Source: Bdellovibrionales bacterium (GTDB taxonomy: Bacteria > Bdellovibrionota_G > JALEGL01 > JAGRAY01). Taken from it: DNA of 38,288 nt. A program made the translations under genes and the position numbers. The DNA lies in contig JAGRAY010000001.1 in assembly GCA_020434375.1 (NCBI GenBank), positions 1 to 38,288 of the forward strand, given 5' to 3'. A model generated the notes under the pieces. The model was not told the origin of the DNA. It saw nothing but the letters and a program-made list of their open reading frames with translations, and made no database searches. Positions 1-8,345 of the stretch are shown here, piece by piece; within the stretch, counting starts at the first letter, position 1; every line of letters begins with the position of its first letter.

Positions 1-81
1 AGCCACACCGGAGCGTACTTCCAGTACGTGAGGATGGCGAACCGACGAACAACGACGAAGATGGGCGTTTCAGGGCAGTCT

Positions 82-963
82 CTACTGGGGCATTATTTTG
101 CTCGCGACCCTTGTGAAATCTTGATGACTAAAACAACTTATTTTGATTTCTCCACCTTTGTTTCGGGCCTTGATTTCAACCCGGGTTCCAAGATGCCTTT
201 GCATATCTTCAGCAAGTTGTTTTAGGTTTGCTGAAAGTGCCACTTTAGGAGCTGATTTCGTGGGTTTTGCTTGGTTAAAGGTAAGGCTCTTAACCATGGC
301 CTCGACTTCACGCACCGAGAGCCTGTTTGCAGAGATTTTTTGAGACAATGTTTCTTGAAGCTGCTTACTTTCTACTCCAATAAGTGCACGGGCATGGCCC
401 ATGGATAAATCTCCTTTTTGAATCATCGTTTGCACACTTTCTGGAAGCTTTAATAGCCTCAGAAGATTTGTAATCGTCGATCGATCTTTGCCTACTTTTT
501 GGGCGATCTCTTCTTGAGTTAATTTGAAATCTTGGCTGAGTTTCTCGTAACCTCTGGCTTCTTCAATGGGAGAAAGATCTTGCCGTTGAAGGTTTTCAAC
601 CAGAGCTACCTCGAGTTGGTCTAAATCTGTGCTCTTTCGAATAATGACAGGTACCTTCGTTAATCCCGCCAGCTTGCTCGCTCGAAGCCGCCTTTCACCT
701 GCAATAAGCTCATAGCCGGGATGCGCTCTTCGTACGATAAGAGGTTGAATCACACCCGAATGCGCAATAGACTTAGAAAGCTCTTCCAAATGCACATCAG
801 AAAAGTGACGCCTAGGCTGCCTAGGATTCAGACGGATTTCAGAAATGAGAACTTCCAAAGGGGCATCTAAACTGGAAACAACCGAAGAAGAATTTTCATG
901 TGTTGGGGTTCGGAGAAGAGACGATAGGCCCCTCCCCAATGCGGGTCGTTTTTCTTTGTTCAT
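82..963 (-). CDS. parB: Chromosome partitioning protein ParB (Spo0J family)
   Basis: ORF 82..993 (-). Translation shows ParB hallmarks: N-terminal [12 protein letters not shown], ParB box IAGERRLRASKLAG, and HTH region EEIAQKVGKDRSTITNLLRLL. Start moved to ATG 963 ([12 protein letters not shown]...) because AGGAGG lies 8 nt upstream on the minus strand. Lies directly downstream of parA. Confidence 0.93.
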   Translation of the reverse strand: MNKEKRPALGRGLSSLLRTPTHENSSSVVSSLDAPLEVLISEIRLNPRQPRRHFSDVHLEELSKSIAHSGVIQPLIVRRAHPGYELIAGERRLRASKLAGLTKVPVIIRKSTDLDQLEVALVENLQRQDLSPIEEARGYEKLSQDFKLTQEEIAQKVGKDRSTITNLLRLLKLPESVQTMIQKGDLSMGHARALIGVESKQLQETLSQKISANRLSVREVEAMVKSLTFNQAKPTKSAPKVALSANLKQLAEDMQRHLGTRVEIKARNKGGEIKISCFSHQDFTRVASKIMPQ

Positions 964-1759
964 GGGTTTTACCTCCTGGCATAATTTTTTCAAGAAATTC
1001 CTTGGCCAAAGCCAAGTAACTTTGCGCCCCTACGGAACGAATATCATAGGTTATAATGGGTTTTCCAAAGCTAGGTGCCTCGGAAAGCCTAATATTTCGT
1101 GGAATGCGTGTCTTCCATACCAAAGATCCAAAATGCGTATCGACCTCGGTTGCGACCTGGTGCGATAAATTATTACGTGTGTCAAACATCGTCAAAATGA
1201 TACCTTCCACATGCAAAATGGGGTTGAGTTGCGATTTAATAAGCTCGACTGTGGTCATAAGGCGACTTAGACCCTCCAGGGCATAATATTCCGCTTGAAG
1301 TGGCACCAGAATGCTGTCGGCCGCGCAAAGAGCATTCACCGTCAATAAACTTAGCGAAGGTGGACAATCGATCAAAATATAATCAAACGTATCCTGGATA
1401 GGCTCAAGCGCCTGCCTAAGTTTCATTTCACGATCGGGAAGATCTATGGCTTCAATTTCGAATCCAATAAGATCAGCAGTCGAAGGCGCAATAAAAAGAT
1501 GAGCAATATCTGTTGGGAAGATCGCCTTCGATGCCGTGATTTGCCCCAGTAAAGCGCCATAGATTTGTCTATTTTCGGGAAAAGAGGTCTCATGAACATC
1601 GGCTTGAAGCCCCACACCACTTGTAGCATTGGCTTGAGGATCCATATCGACAATAAGCGTTTTTTTTTCCAATACAGCTAAAGACGCAGCAAGATTAACC
1701 GTAGTGGTTGTTTTTCCGACGCCTCCTTTTTGATTGACGATGGCGATGACTCGACTCAA
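896..1759 (-). CDS. parA: Chromosome partitioning ATPase ParA/Soj
   Basis: ORF 896..1774 (-). Deviant Walker [12 protein letters not shown] with ParA/MinD-like sequence throughout. Preferred start is TTG 1759 ([13 protein letters not shown]...), preceded by GGAGG plus a 4-nt spacer and overlapping the mnmG stop (TTGA). The track start at 1774 is the alternative. The 3' end overlaps the parB start by 68 nt. Confidence 0.92.
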   Translation of the reverse strand: MSRVIAIVNQKGGVGKTTTTVNLAASLAVLEKKTLIVDMDPQANATSGVGLQADVHETSFPENRQIYGALLGQITASKAIFPTDIAHLFIAPSTADLIGFEIEAIDLPDREMKLRQALEPIQDTFDYILIDCPPSLSLLTVNALCAADSILVPLQAEYYALEGLSRLMTTVELIKSQLNPILHVEGIILTMFDTRNNLSHQVATEVDTHFGSLVWKTRIPRNIRLSEAPSFGKPIITYDIRSVGAQSYLALAKEFLEKIMPGGKTHEQRKTTRIGEGPIVSSPNPNT

Positions 1760-3636
1760 AAAACCTCCGAACAACGCAATGCATTGTGTTTTCGCAGGTA
1801 AATACTCAATACACCCATGGCTGCAGGCGTGACGCCTGATATCCTTGATGCCTGCCCCAATGTTCTGGGTCTGATTTTTAAAAGTTTCTCTCGAACCTCT
1901 GAGGAAAGACTAGGCAAAACGGTAAAGTCGAAGTCACCAGGAATCATCGTGGTCTCCTCACGGGACATACGCAAAATTTCCCTTTTCTCCCGTTCAATAT
2001 AGCCCTCGTATTTAATTGCAATCTCTACCTGCTCAGCGACCACTCTGGGAACATCACTTAGCAAAGGGCTGATCTGCCTTAGAAGATCCCAACTCACTTC
2101 CGGCCTACGAAATAACTCTGAAAACGTGGTCGATGTTTTAATCGGTGCTAAATGCAAACGAGACAATAAATTAGAGACACTCGGGGTTGGTGTGAGCTTG
2201 AGTTCATCTAATTGTTTGCGCAAGCGTTCAATAGATGCCATTTTTTCGTTATAACGGCGATCAACCTCGTACGAAATCAATCCCAGAGCTTTAGCTAAAG
2301 GGTGTAGTCGTTGATCAGCATTGTCTTCTCTCAAATACAATCGATGCTCAGCTCGAGAAGTAAACATTCTATAGGGCTCTTTGGTCCCTTTAGTAACCAG
2401 ATCGTCAATCATGACACCAATATACGATTCGGTTCGCTTCAAGATAATAGGATCTTGCTGACCCAAGTGACGAACGCTATTGATTCCCGCTAAAAGGCCT
2501 TGTCCTGCCGCCTCTTCATAACCCGTCGTGCCATTGATTTGACCGGCCAAAAAAAGCCCAGAGATTTTTTTTGTCTCTAGAGAAGGATGAAGTTCTAAAG
2601 GGTCAACATAGTCATATTCAATGGCATAGCCTGGACGCATGACTTCCACGTTTTCTAAGCCTTTCATGGTTCTTAGAAATGCCACTTGAACAGGAAATGG
2701 CAATGAATTAGACAATCCATTTGGATAAATTTCGTGGGTGTCGAGACCCTCCCGTTCGAGAAAAATCTGATGGCGATCTTTATCTTTAAACCGAACAACC
2801 TTGTCTTCAATGCAGGGACAATATCGGGGTCCAAGCGTTTGAATTTTACCGCTGTACATGGAAGACAAGTGAAGATTCTCGCGAATCAATGCGTGCGTCT
2901 CTTCGTTTGTGTAGGCAAGATGGCAAGGCACCTGCTCTAAAAGCGTTGGCGAATGAAAAAATGAAAACGTTGGTGGTGGTTCGTCGCCAGGCTGTTCTTC
3001 TAAAATGTCAAATCGAATCGTCTTGGCGTCTAACCTAGGTACCGTTCCTGTCTTAAGGCGCCCCATAGAAAAACCCTGCTGTTTTAGCGATGCACTTAGT
3101 CCAATGGAAGGCTGGTCACCAGAACGACCGGCAGGTTCTGTATACTTTCCAATATGAATTAACCCGTTCAAGAATGTCCCTGTGGTTAAAACAACGGCGG
3201 CAGCTTGAATGCACTCTCCCATGGCAGTTTCAATACCCACACATCGCTCATCCCGAATAAGAAGTTTTTCAGCCATACCTTGTTTCACGTGAAACATTTT
3301 TATGGATTCAACTTTCTCTTTCATTCGGCTTGCGTAGCGATATTTATCCGCCTGGGCCCGTGAAGCTCTCACGGCGGGACCTTTTTTTGTATTCAGCCGT
3401 CGAAATTGAATGCCTGTGTTGTCGATGGCTTGGCCCATCTCTCCCCCCAGAGCATCAATTTCCTTTACAATATGACCCTTACCAACGCCACCAATCGCAG
3501 GATTACAAGACATATGGCCGATACGATCTAAATTGCTAGTGAGGAGGCACACACGAGCACCCATTCGCGCCGCAGCTAACGCAGCTTCGATGCCTGCGTG
3601 CCCAGCACCCACAACAAGTATGTCGACCTTTAACAT
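1756..3636 (-). CDS. mnmG: tRNA uridine 5-carboxymethylaminomethyl modification enzyme MnmG (GidA)
   Basis: ORF 1756..3696 (-). FAD-binding [16 protein letters not shown], conserved [16 protein letters not shown], and full-length GidA-like sequence. Start set to ATG 3636 ([15 protein letters not shown]), 4 nt after the upstream gene's stop. The longer N-terminal extension would overlap that gene. Confidence 0.95.
   Translation of the reverse strand: MLKVDILVVGAGHAGIEAALAAARMGARVCLLTSNLDRIGHMSCNPAIGGVGKGHIVKEIDALGGEMGQAIDNTGIQFRRLNTKKGPAVRASRAQADKYRYASRMKEKVESIKMFHVKQGMAEKLLIRDERCVGIETAMGECIQAAAVVLTTGTFLNGLIHIGKYTEPAGRSGDQPSIGLSASLKQQGFSMGRLKTGTVPRLDAKTIRFDILEEQPGDEPPPTFSFFHSPTLLEQVPCHLAYTNEETHALIRENLHLSSMYSGKIQTLGPRYCPCIEDKVVRFKDKDRHQIFLEREGLDTHEIYPNGLSNSLPFPVQVAFLRTMKGLENVEVMRPGYAIEYDYVDPLELHPSLETKKISGLFLAGQINGTTGYEEAAGQGLLAGINSVRHLGQQDPIILKRTESYIGVMIDDLVTKGTKEPYRMFTSRAEHRLYLREDNADQRLHPLAKALGLISYEVDRRYNEKMASIERLRKQLDELKLTPTPSVSNLLSRLHLAPIKTSTTFSELFRRPEVSWDLLRQISPLLSDVPRVVAEQVEIAIKYEGYIEREKREILRMSREETTMIPGDFDFTVLPSLSSEVREKLLKIRPRTLGQASRISGVTPAAMGVLSIYLRKHNALRCSEVF
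3281..3296. promoter_or_regulatory. parS: parS centromere-like site (perfect palindrome TGTTTCACGTGAAACA), inside mnmG
   Basis: Exact 16-mer TGTTTCACGTGAAACA read directly at 3281-3296. It matches the widely conserved ParB-binding consensus TGTTNCACGTGAAACA and lies about 2.3 kb from parB. Confidence 0.85.
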
Positions 3637-3640
3637 TGTC

Positions 3641-4387
3641 CTAAAATCCTGTCTTAATAATGGTTTTATGAGCGTAATAGTTCTTTTTAACGCCAATCGC
3701 AGGATAAACCATACAATGGCTAGCCAGCAAAACGCCCGGATTCAAAACACTATTGCATCCGGTTTCGACGCGATCGCCGATGATGGCGCCCATTTTGCGA
3801 AGCCCTGTTTTTATAAGATCATTCCCCAAACGAAGCACTATATCATCTTGAGTCATCTTAAGATTGGAAACCTTCGTTCCAGCACCCAAGTTCACAAAAT
3901 TCCCCAAAATACTGTCGCCAACGTAGGCAAAATGTGATGCTTTGGCCGCATCTAAAAAAATACTGCTTTTGACTTCTGAGGCATGACCTATCACACAATT
4001 CTTGCCCGTCAAAACACCCCCCCGAACATAGGCTCCGTGACGAACTTCTGTACCAGCCCCCAATATGGTTGGACCAGCAATATAGGCTCCCGCCTCGATG
4101 CGAACACCTGAACGGAGCTCAATATTGTCCCCCACCAAGTAACTTCCCGCCTCAACAAGGGCATTTCCTTCCGATGTTTTGATTTCGGTGGTCTTGAGCA
4201 CCAAAGAACCTTCACGAGGAACACCCTGTATATTCGAACGAAGATTCTCTGTAATCCATGTCTCTTTATATTTTGCCGCCAGAAGCTCCCATGGGTAATT
4301 GACAGAGCCCAAAAAATCTGAAAACCAAACGGCTGACAAATCAAAAAAATGAGAAATCTGTAATGTTTCACGTGAAACAGTAGTCAT
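3641..4387 (-). CDS. Hexapeptide-repeat (left-handed beta-helix) transferase-like protein
   Basis: ORF 3641..4387 (-), 248 aa. Runs of imperfect [LIV]-G-x4 hexapeptide repeats ([58 protein letters not shown]). Substrate cannot be assigned by eye. Confidence 0.7.
   Translation of the reverse strand: MTTVSRETLQISHFFDLSAVWFSDFLGSVNYPWELLAAKYKETWITENLRSNIQGVPREGSLVLKTTEIKTSEGNALVEAGSYLVGDNIELRSGVRIEAGAYIAGPTILGAGTEVRHGAYVRGGVLTGKNCVIGHASEVKSSIFLDAAKASHFAYVGDSILGNFVNLGAGTKVSNLKMTQDDIVLRLGNDLIKTGLRKMGAIIGDRVETGCNSVLNPGVLLASHCMVYPAIGVKKNYYAHKTIIKTGF
4364..4379. promoter_or_regulatory. parS: parS centromere-like site (perfect palindrome TGTTTCACGTGAAACA), inside the 5' end of the hexapeptide-repeat gene
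   Basis: The same exact 16-mer as at 3281-3296, read directly at 4364-4379 (codons VSRET of the minus-strand ORF). Confidence 0.85.
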
Positions 4388-4409
4388 TAACTAAGCCTTT
4401 TAGCCCTAA

Positions 4410-5780
4410 TTACTTACCAATGCAAAATTTTGAAAATATCTGATCTAGGATATCTTCCTGAGGATCCGCTTTTCCAAGAATTTCTCCAATAAAACCAAGG
4501 CCTTGCCTAAATTCAAAGGAAACAAATTCCGAGAACTGGCCATCATGCATCGCAGCATATCCTTGGTCGAATGCACTTTTAAATTTTAGAAGAAGTTGCC
4601 GTTGTCTTTCGTTTGAGATGCCTCCACTTTGATGATACGTCAGTCGCCTTGTGGCTTCGTTTGTCAGAGCCTCTCTTAGTGCACCAATCCCATTGCCGTT
4701 TAGAGCGCTGACTAAAAAACATTTTCGCCCTTCCAACACTTCTTCTATTTTAGGTTCTTTGAGATCGATCTTGTTCCATACCACCCATAGTTTGTCCGAG
4801 CTCAATTTTTGAAGCCAACTTCTTTCCATTTCTCCTAATTTTTCTTCCGAAGATAAAATCAGGCAGACGATATCGGCGGCGTCGATCACGCCAATGGATC
4901 TTTCCATGCCCTCACGCTCAACAATATCCTTTACGCCTTCATGCAAGCCCGCTGTATCAAAAAGTCGTACCCGTCGACCCCCTAAGTTTAATTCTTCTCG
5001 AAGCAGATCTCGCGTAGTGCCTGCAATAGACGTTACAATCGCCCGATCTTCACTGAGCAAACGATTAAAAAGCGAGGATTTACCAACATTAGGTGCTCCA
5101 AAAAGAACCACTTTCATACCATCGTGTAACTCTTGGTTTGATTCGTAACTATTCAACAACTCGCTTGCGCGGGTTGAGATATCCTTTATTTTTTTCAACA
5201 ATGGGCCCCGCTGCTCTATTGGTAAATTCTCATCCGGAAAATCAATATCAGCTTCACATTCTGCCAAGACATCCAGAACTAACGCATAGAGAGATTCTAA
5301 CGATGCCGAAAGAGCACCAGAAAGCCGCTGTTTTGCAGCCTTGGCTTCCTCTAAAGATTCAGAATGAATTAGCTCGCAAATGGCCTCTGCCTGAACCAAA
5401 TCGATGCGGCCACTTAAAAATGCTCTTTGTGAAAACTCACCTGCGCGCGCCAATCTTGCTCCCTCATCGATGACCAGCGTAAGAATTTTATTGAGTAAAA
5501 TCGGATTGCCATGCCCATGAATCTCCACAACATCTTCTCCAGTGAAACTATGGGGTCCCTTCATCCAAGCAGATAAAACCTCGTCTATGACATCACCTGT
5601 TTTTGGCTCTACAATACTTCCTAGAACCAGTCGATGTGTTGCCCACTCTTGATCTTTTCGCGGAACAAATAGGCGATTAAAAATCTCTAAAGCTTTCGAA
5701 CCCGAAAGTCGAATGACGCCAATGCCAGCCTGGCCAATGGGCGTTGCAATCGCAGCAATCGTTTCTTGGCTATTCGTCAC
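4410..5780 (-). CDS. mnmE: tRNA modification GTPase MnmE (TrmE)
   Basis: ORF 4410..5780 (-), 456 aa, GTG start. G-domain motifs GAPNVGKSS (G1), DTAG (G3) and NKID (G4), plus the C-terminal CIGK motif characteristic of MnmE. Confidence 0.95.
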   Translation of the reverse strand: MTNSQETIAAIATPIGQAGIGVIRLSGSKALEIFNRLFVPRKDQEWATHRLVLGSIVEPKTGDVIDEVLSAWMKGPHSFTGEDVVEIHGHGNPILLNKILTLVIDEGARLARAGEFSQRAFLSGRIDLVQAEAICELIHSESLEEAKAAKQRLSGALSASLESLYALVLDVLAECEADIDFPDENLPIEQRGPLLKKIKDISTRASELLNSYESNQELHDGMKVVLFGAPNVGKSSLFNRLLSEDRAIVTSIAGTTRDLLREELNLGGRRVRLFDTAGLHEGVKDIVEREGMERSIGVIDAADIVCLILSSEEKLGEMERSWLQKLSSDKLWVVWNKIDLKEPKIEEVLEGRKCFLVSALNGNGIGALREALTNEATRRLTYHQSGGISNERQRQLLLKFKSAFDQGYAAMHDGQFSEFVSFEFRQGLGFIGEILGKADPQEDILDQIFSKFCIGK

Positions 5781-5789
5781 AAAATAAAC

Positions 5790-6404
5790 TTAAAGACAAC
5801 TGCCTTGATTAGCAACCACACCCGAGTAGTTTCCTGATTGTGACTGTGCGATCAAATGAATATCACCATTCACGCCAACCTCGATTTCTCTAGCTGCCGT
5901 ACCTATGGGTAAATTTGGATTACTAATACATATTTCATAAGTCGAACGGTTCCCATTATATGATGTTGCAAAACCATCCTTGTCAAAAAACAAACTCGTG
6001 TTCAAATCGATCTTTGAATCGCAGGTGGTACAAAGTTTTACACTAGCACCGAACGGAAACTTCTTTCCCGTACTGAGCTCATTCCCCAAACAATTATTAT
6101 CTGATGGCAGCGTCGATCCTCCACCAAGATCAGGCTTGTAAGACTGCACAAAATACTGTCCCGTGGCAAAATCTTGTTTAAAACATATCGCCCTAAACTC
6201 ACCAAACACTCTCGCTTCAGCTTGAATTTCTCTAAGAATATTAACTAGTTGACTTCCAACCTTTAACAATTCTTCTCGTTGTCTTCCCTGTCCCCACGCG
6301 CGAATAGCCAACAAAGACAGAATAGTTAATATCGCTACAACAACCATCAATTCAATCAAACCAAAGCCTCGTTTTATTTTTCTTCCAATTCTTTGACTTA
6401 TCAT
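5790..6404 (-). CDS. Prepilin-type N-terminal cleavage/methylation domain protein (minor pilin / pseudopilin-like)
   Basis: ORF 5790..6404 (-), 204 aa. Canonical class III signal KRG|FGLIELMVVVAILTILSLL. Its start overlaps the stop of the upstream pilin-like gene (ATGA). Confidence 0.8.
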   Translation of the reverse strand: MISQRIGRKIKRGFGLIELMVVVAILTILSLLAIRAWGQGRQREELLKVGSQLVNILREIQAEARVFGEFRAICFKQDFATGQYFVQSYKPDLGGGSTLPSDNNCLGNELSTGKKFPFGASVKLCTTCDSKIDLNTSLFFDKDGFATSYNGNRSTYEICISNPNLPIGTAAREIEVGVNGDIHLIAQSQSGNYSGVVANQGSCL

Positions 6405-7006
6405 AAATTTAAATCCACCTGAATATTCGACATTGTCACCTTATGACAATTACCCTGACGATCCGTGTAGGTCGCTAATACACGTATTTCTACTTCACCC
6501 TCATCTGTGTGGCTGACATCGCAAGCCAGGCTGTCCGGCCTCACACTTTCAACGTCTCCACATGGTTTACCCCCTTCAGATGGTGCGTCGATGCCTCCTT
6601 CCGTATCATCCAAGCAAACAACAAAGCTCAAAGTATAGACAAAGGGCCCTTCTGAACTTTCAGATTGCGTTTTACCCACGCGATTTAAAGGACCATAACT
6701 GACAACTTCCTGTGAGGGAGCCCCATACTGTATCTTTTCCGACTCAGTCGAACCCGTCGCCAAAGCTTCGTATTCTAAACCAGCTAATGTCGAAATCTTA
6801 AGTTTTGCCAGTGACTGAGCATTTTGAAGCCGCTGCGATCTAAGTTTGGCCTCCTGAGTTCTAAGAACCATCATGGCAATCGCCAAAAAACCAAGACTCA
6901 AAACCACCAACGAAATCATGATCTGAATTAGATTAAAACCTGCTTTCGCAGATTTTATACTTATCGGTGGTAAAGCCTTATTGACTCGACTAAAGTTTAC
7001 TTTCAT
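6401..7006 (-). CDS. Prepilin-like protein, PilV-like, with Gln in place of the conserved Glu5
   Basis: ORF 6401..7006 (-), 201 aa. A 23-aa basic leader ends in AG, followed by FNLIQIMISLVVLSLGFLAI (PilV-like hydrophobic helix). Position +5 is Q, not E. Confidence 0.7.
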   Translation of the reverse strand: MKVNFSRVNKALPPISIKSAKAGFNLIQIMISLVVLSLGFLAIAMMVLRTQEAKLRSQRLQNAQSLAKLKISTLAGLEYEALATGSTESEKIQYGAPSQEVVSYGPLNRVGKTQSESSEGPFVYTLSFVVCLDDTEGGIDAPSEGGKPCGDVESVRPDSLACDVSHTDEGEVEIRVLATYTDRQGNCHKVTMSNIQVDLNL

Positions 7007-7140
7007 AAAAATGGGACGACAGCTACTAGGTTATCACGCGACAACACAAAACGTCTATGATGAAGTGCCAAACAGCTGACGCCATACAAAAGCACCACAT
7101 AAACAATCAACCGGTTACAACTATAGTAAATTAAATATAA

Positions 7141-7247
7141 GTTGAAACACCAAAGTAAATTTTGGAAGTTGCCTACTGGCTCCGTCGCTACGCTCCAAGT
7201 CGCCATACGTCAATCTTCCAAAATTTAAGCAGTATCAACTAAAACTT
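7141..7247. repeat. 107-bp dispersed hairpin-forming repeat, copy 1 (MITE/REP-like)
   Basis: 106/107 nt identical to 26021-26127 in the same orientation; the single difference is 7151 C versus 26031 A. Internal inverted repeats: GTTGA...TCAAC termini (7141-7145 / 7235-7239) and TAAATTTTGGAAG / CTTCCAAAATTTA (13 bp). TAA precedes both copies. Confidence 0.9.
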
Positions 7248-7358
7248 AAAATACTATAGGGTTTATCTCTAAAAATCTATTATAGGGGCAGGCAAAGCCC
7301 CCTTCTTCGGCCAGCGAAGCTGCAAAAGTAAATACTCCGAACATAAGTCCGGAGAAAT

Positions 7359-8345
7359 TTATTCTTCGTCGTTCGAACCACCCGAGCGGCGCCTAGGCGC
7401 TGCTGGAGCAACGTTAAAGTCTGCATCCATCATTTCGTCAATATTATCAGGGAAAATGTCCATCTTTGGTTCTGCCGGGACATCATAAGAATCATGAAGC
7501 CGATTTGGTTTGGTCTGACGACCCCTTCCCTGGGAAGAACCACGATTTCCATAACCTTGATTTCGACCACGATTAAATCCGCCGCGGCCACCATTTCTAG
7601 AGCCCCTCTTATCGTTCATACCCCGTTTAGGGCTAATAAGAATTTTCCTCTCAGAGCCTTCTCCAACACTTTTCGTTGTGATGTATCGATCGTCAGATAA
7701 CGCTAAATGAATCACGCGTCTATCCATAGCTGTCATAGGTTCGAGAGTTACAGTTCTTCTATTGCGCTTAGCCTTCGAAGCCATTTTCTTGGCGAGGGCC
7801 TCCAGAGAAACCTGCCGTCTATGACGATAGCCCTCTGAATCCACAATGAGTCTCTTGCTTGAACTTCGATCTAGACCCAACATTTTTGCCACTATGTGTT
7901 GAAGCGCCTCTAGCATTTGGCCACGTTTTCCAATTAACAACCCTGATCCATCGGCTTCAATTTCTAAGATGATTTCCTCTTCCGTGTGATCAACAAATAT
8001 TTCGTTCTCCGGAGAAATAAATTTCAAGACATGCTTAAGTATTTCAAGGCCTTCCTGCGAAAGTTTTTCGTAATCGCGATCATCAATTTCTGGTGCTTTC
8101 TCTTTATAATTGTTGGCTTCTTTGGATGCCGCCTCGTCATCATCGGGTTCAATTCTTTTAGCACTTCTTCGCTCTTGGCTTTTCCGCGCTCGAATCTTAA
8201 ATCCTGGTCCATCAACGACTTCGTAATCCAAATACGACTGTGTCGTATTCAGTGCTGTGCACGCTCTTTCCAAAGCATCTTGCTTTGATGAGCCTTCAAT
8301 TTCGATCCAATCTTCGTGATCTTTGAATGCATTTTGTTCTATCAT
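7359..8345 (-). CDS. jag: Jag/KhpB RNA-binding protein (Jag_N-KH-R3H) with Arg/Gly-rich C-terminal extension
   Basis: ORF 7359..8345 (-), 328 aa. Conserved position downstream of yidC with ATGA overlap. KH-like LLIGKRGQMLEALQHI and R3H-like MDRRVIHLALSDDRYITTKSVGEGSERKILISP. An 87-aa tail is rich in RGG/RG repeats. Confidence 0.88.
   Translation of the reverse strand: MIEQNAFKDHEDWIEIEGSSKQDALERACTALNTTQSYLDYEVVDGPGFKIRARKSQERRSAKRIEPDDDEAASKEANNYKEKAPEIDDRDYEKLSQEGLEILKHVLKFISPENEIFVDHTEEEIILEIEADGSGLLIGKRGQMLEALQHIVAKMLGLDRSSSKRLIVDSEGYRHRRQVSLEALAKKMASKAKRNRRTVTLEPMTAMDRRVIHLALSDDRYITTKSVGEGSERKILISPKRGMNDKRGSRNGGRGGFNRGRNQGYGNRGSSQGRGRQTKPNRLHDSYDVPAEPKMDIFPDNIDEMMDADFNVAPAAPRRRSGGSNDEE

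Noticed and set aside
1-81. GC-richer 81 nt before the parB stop, with a small hairpin CGTACT-tcc-AGTACG. Considered as a terminator, the 5' end of a downstream minus-strand gene, or an RNA gene end
   Set aside because: There is no U-tract after the hairpin on the minus strand and no canonical start codon with a Shine-Dalgarno sequence. The tRNA-like GGTTCG..ATCC resemblance has the wrong spacing. The region is too short and truncated by the window edge to call.
28-343. Plus-strand ORFs 28..225 and 143..343
   Set aside because: They lie antisense to the well-supported parB gene, have low-complexity or odd composition, and show no start context. They are typical shadow ORFs.
845-1286. Plus-strand ORFs 845..1168 and 1056..1286
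   Set aside because: They are antisense to the parA/parB coding sequence and have no family signature.
4009-4371. Minus-strand ORF 4009..4371 (120 aa), in another frame of the hexapeptide-repeat gene
   Set aside because: It is fully nested in an alternative frame of a gene with clear hexapeptide repeats, and its W/R/F-rich composition is typical of off-frame translation.
7003-7206. 67-aa minus-strand ORF starting inside repeat copy 1 (MATWSVATEPVGNFQNLL...)
   Set aside because: In copy 2 the same start gives an unrelated sequence that stops after about 30 codons, so only the repeat portion is conserved. There is no Shine-Dalgarno sequence. The region is better explained as a non-coding structured repeat plus the promoter region of the pilin-like genes.
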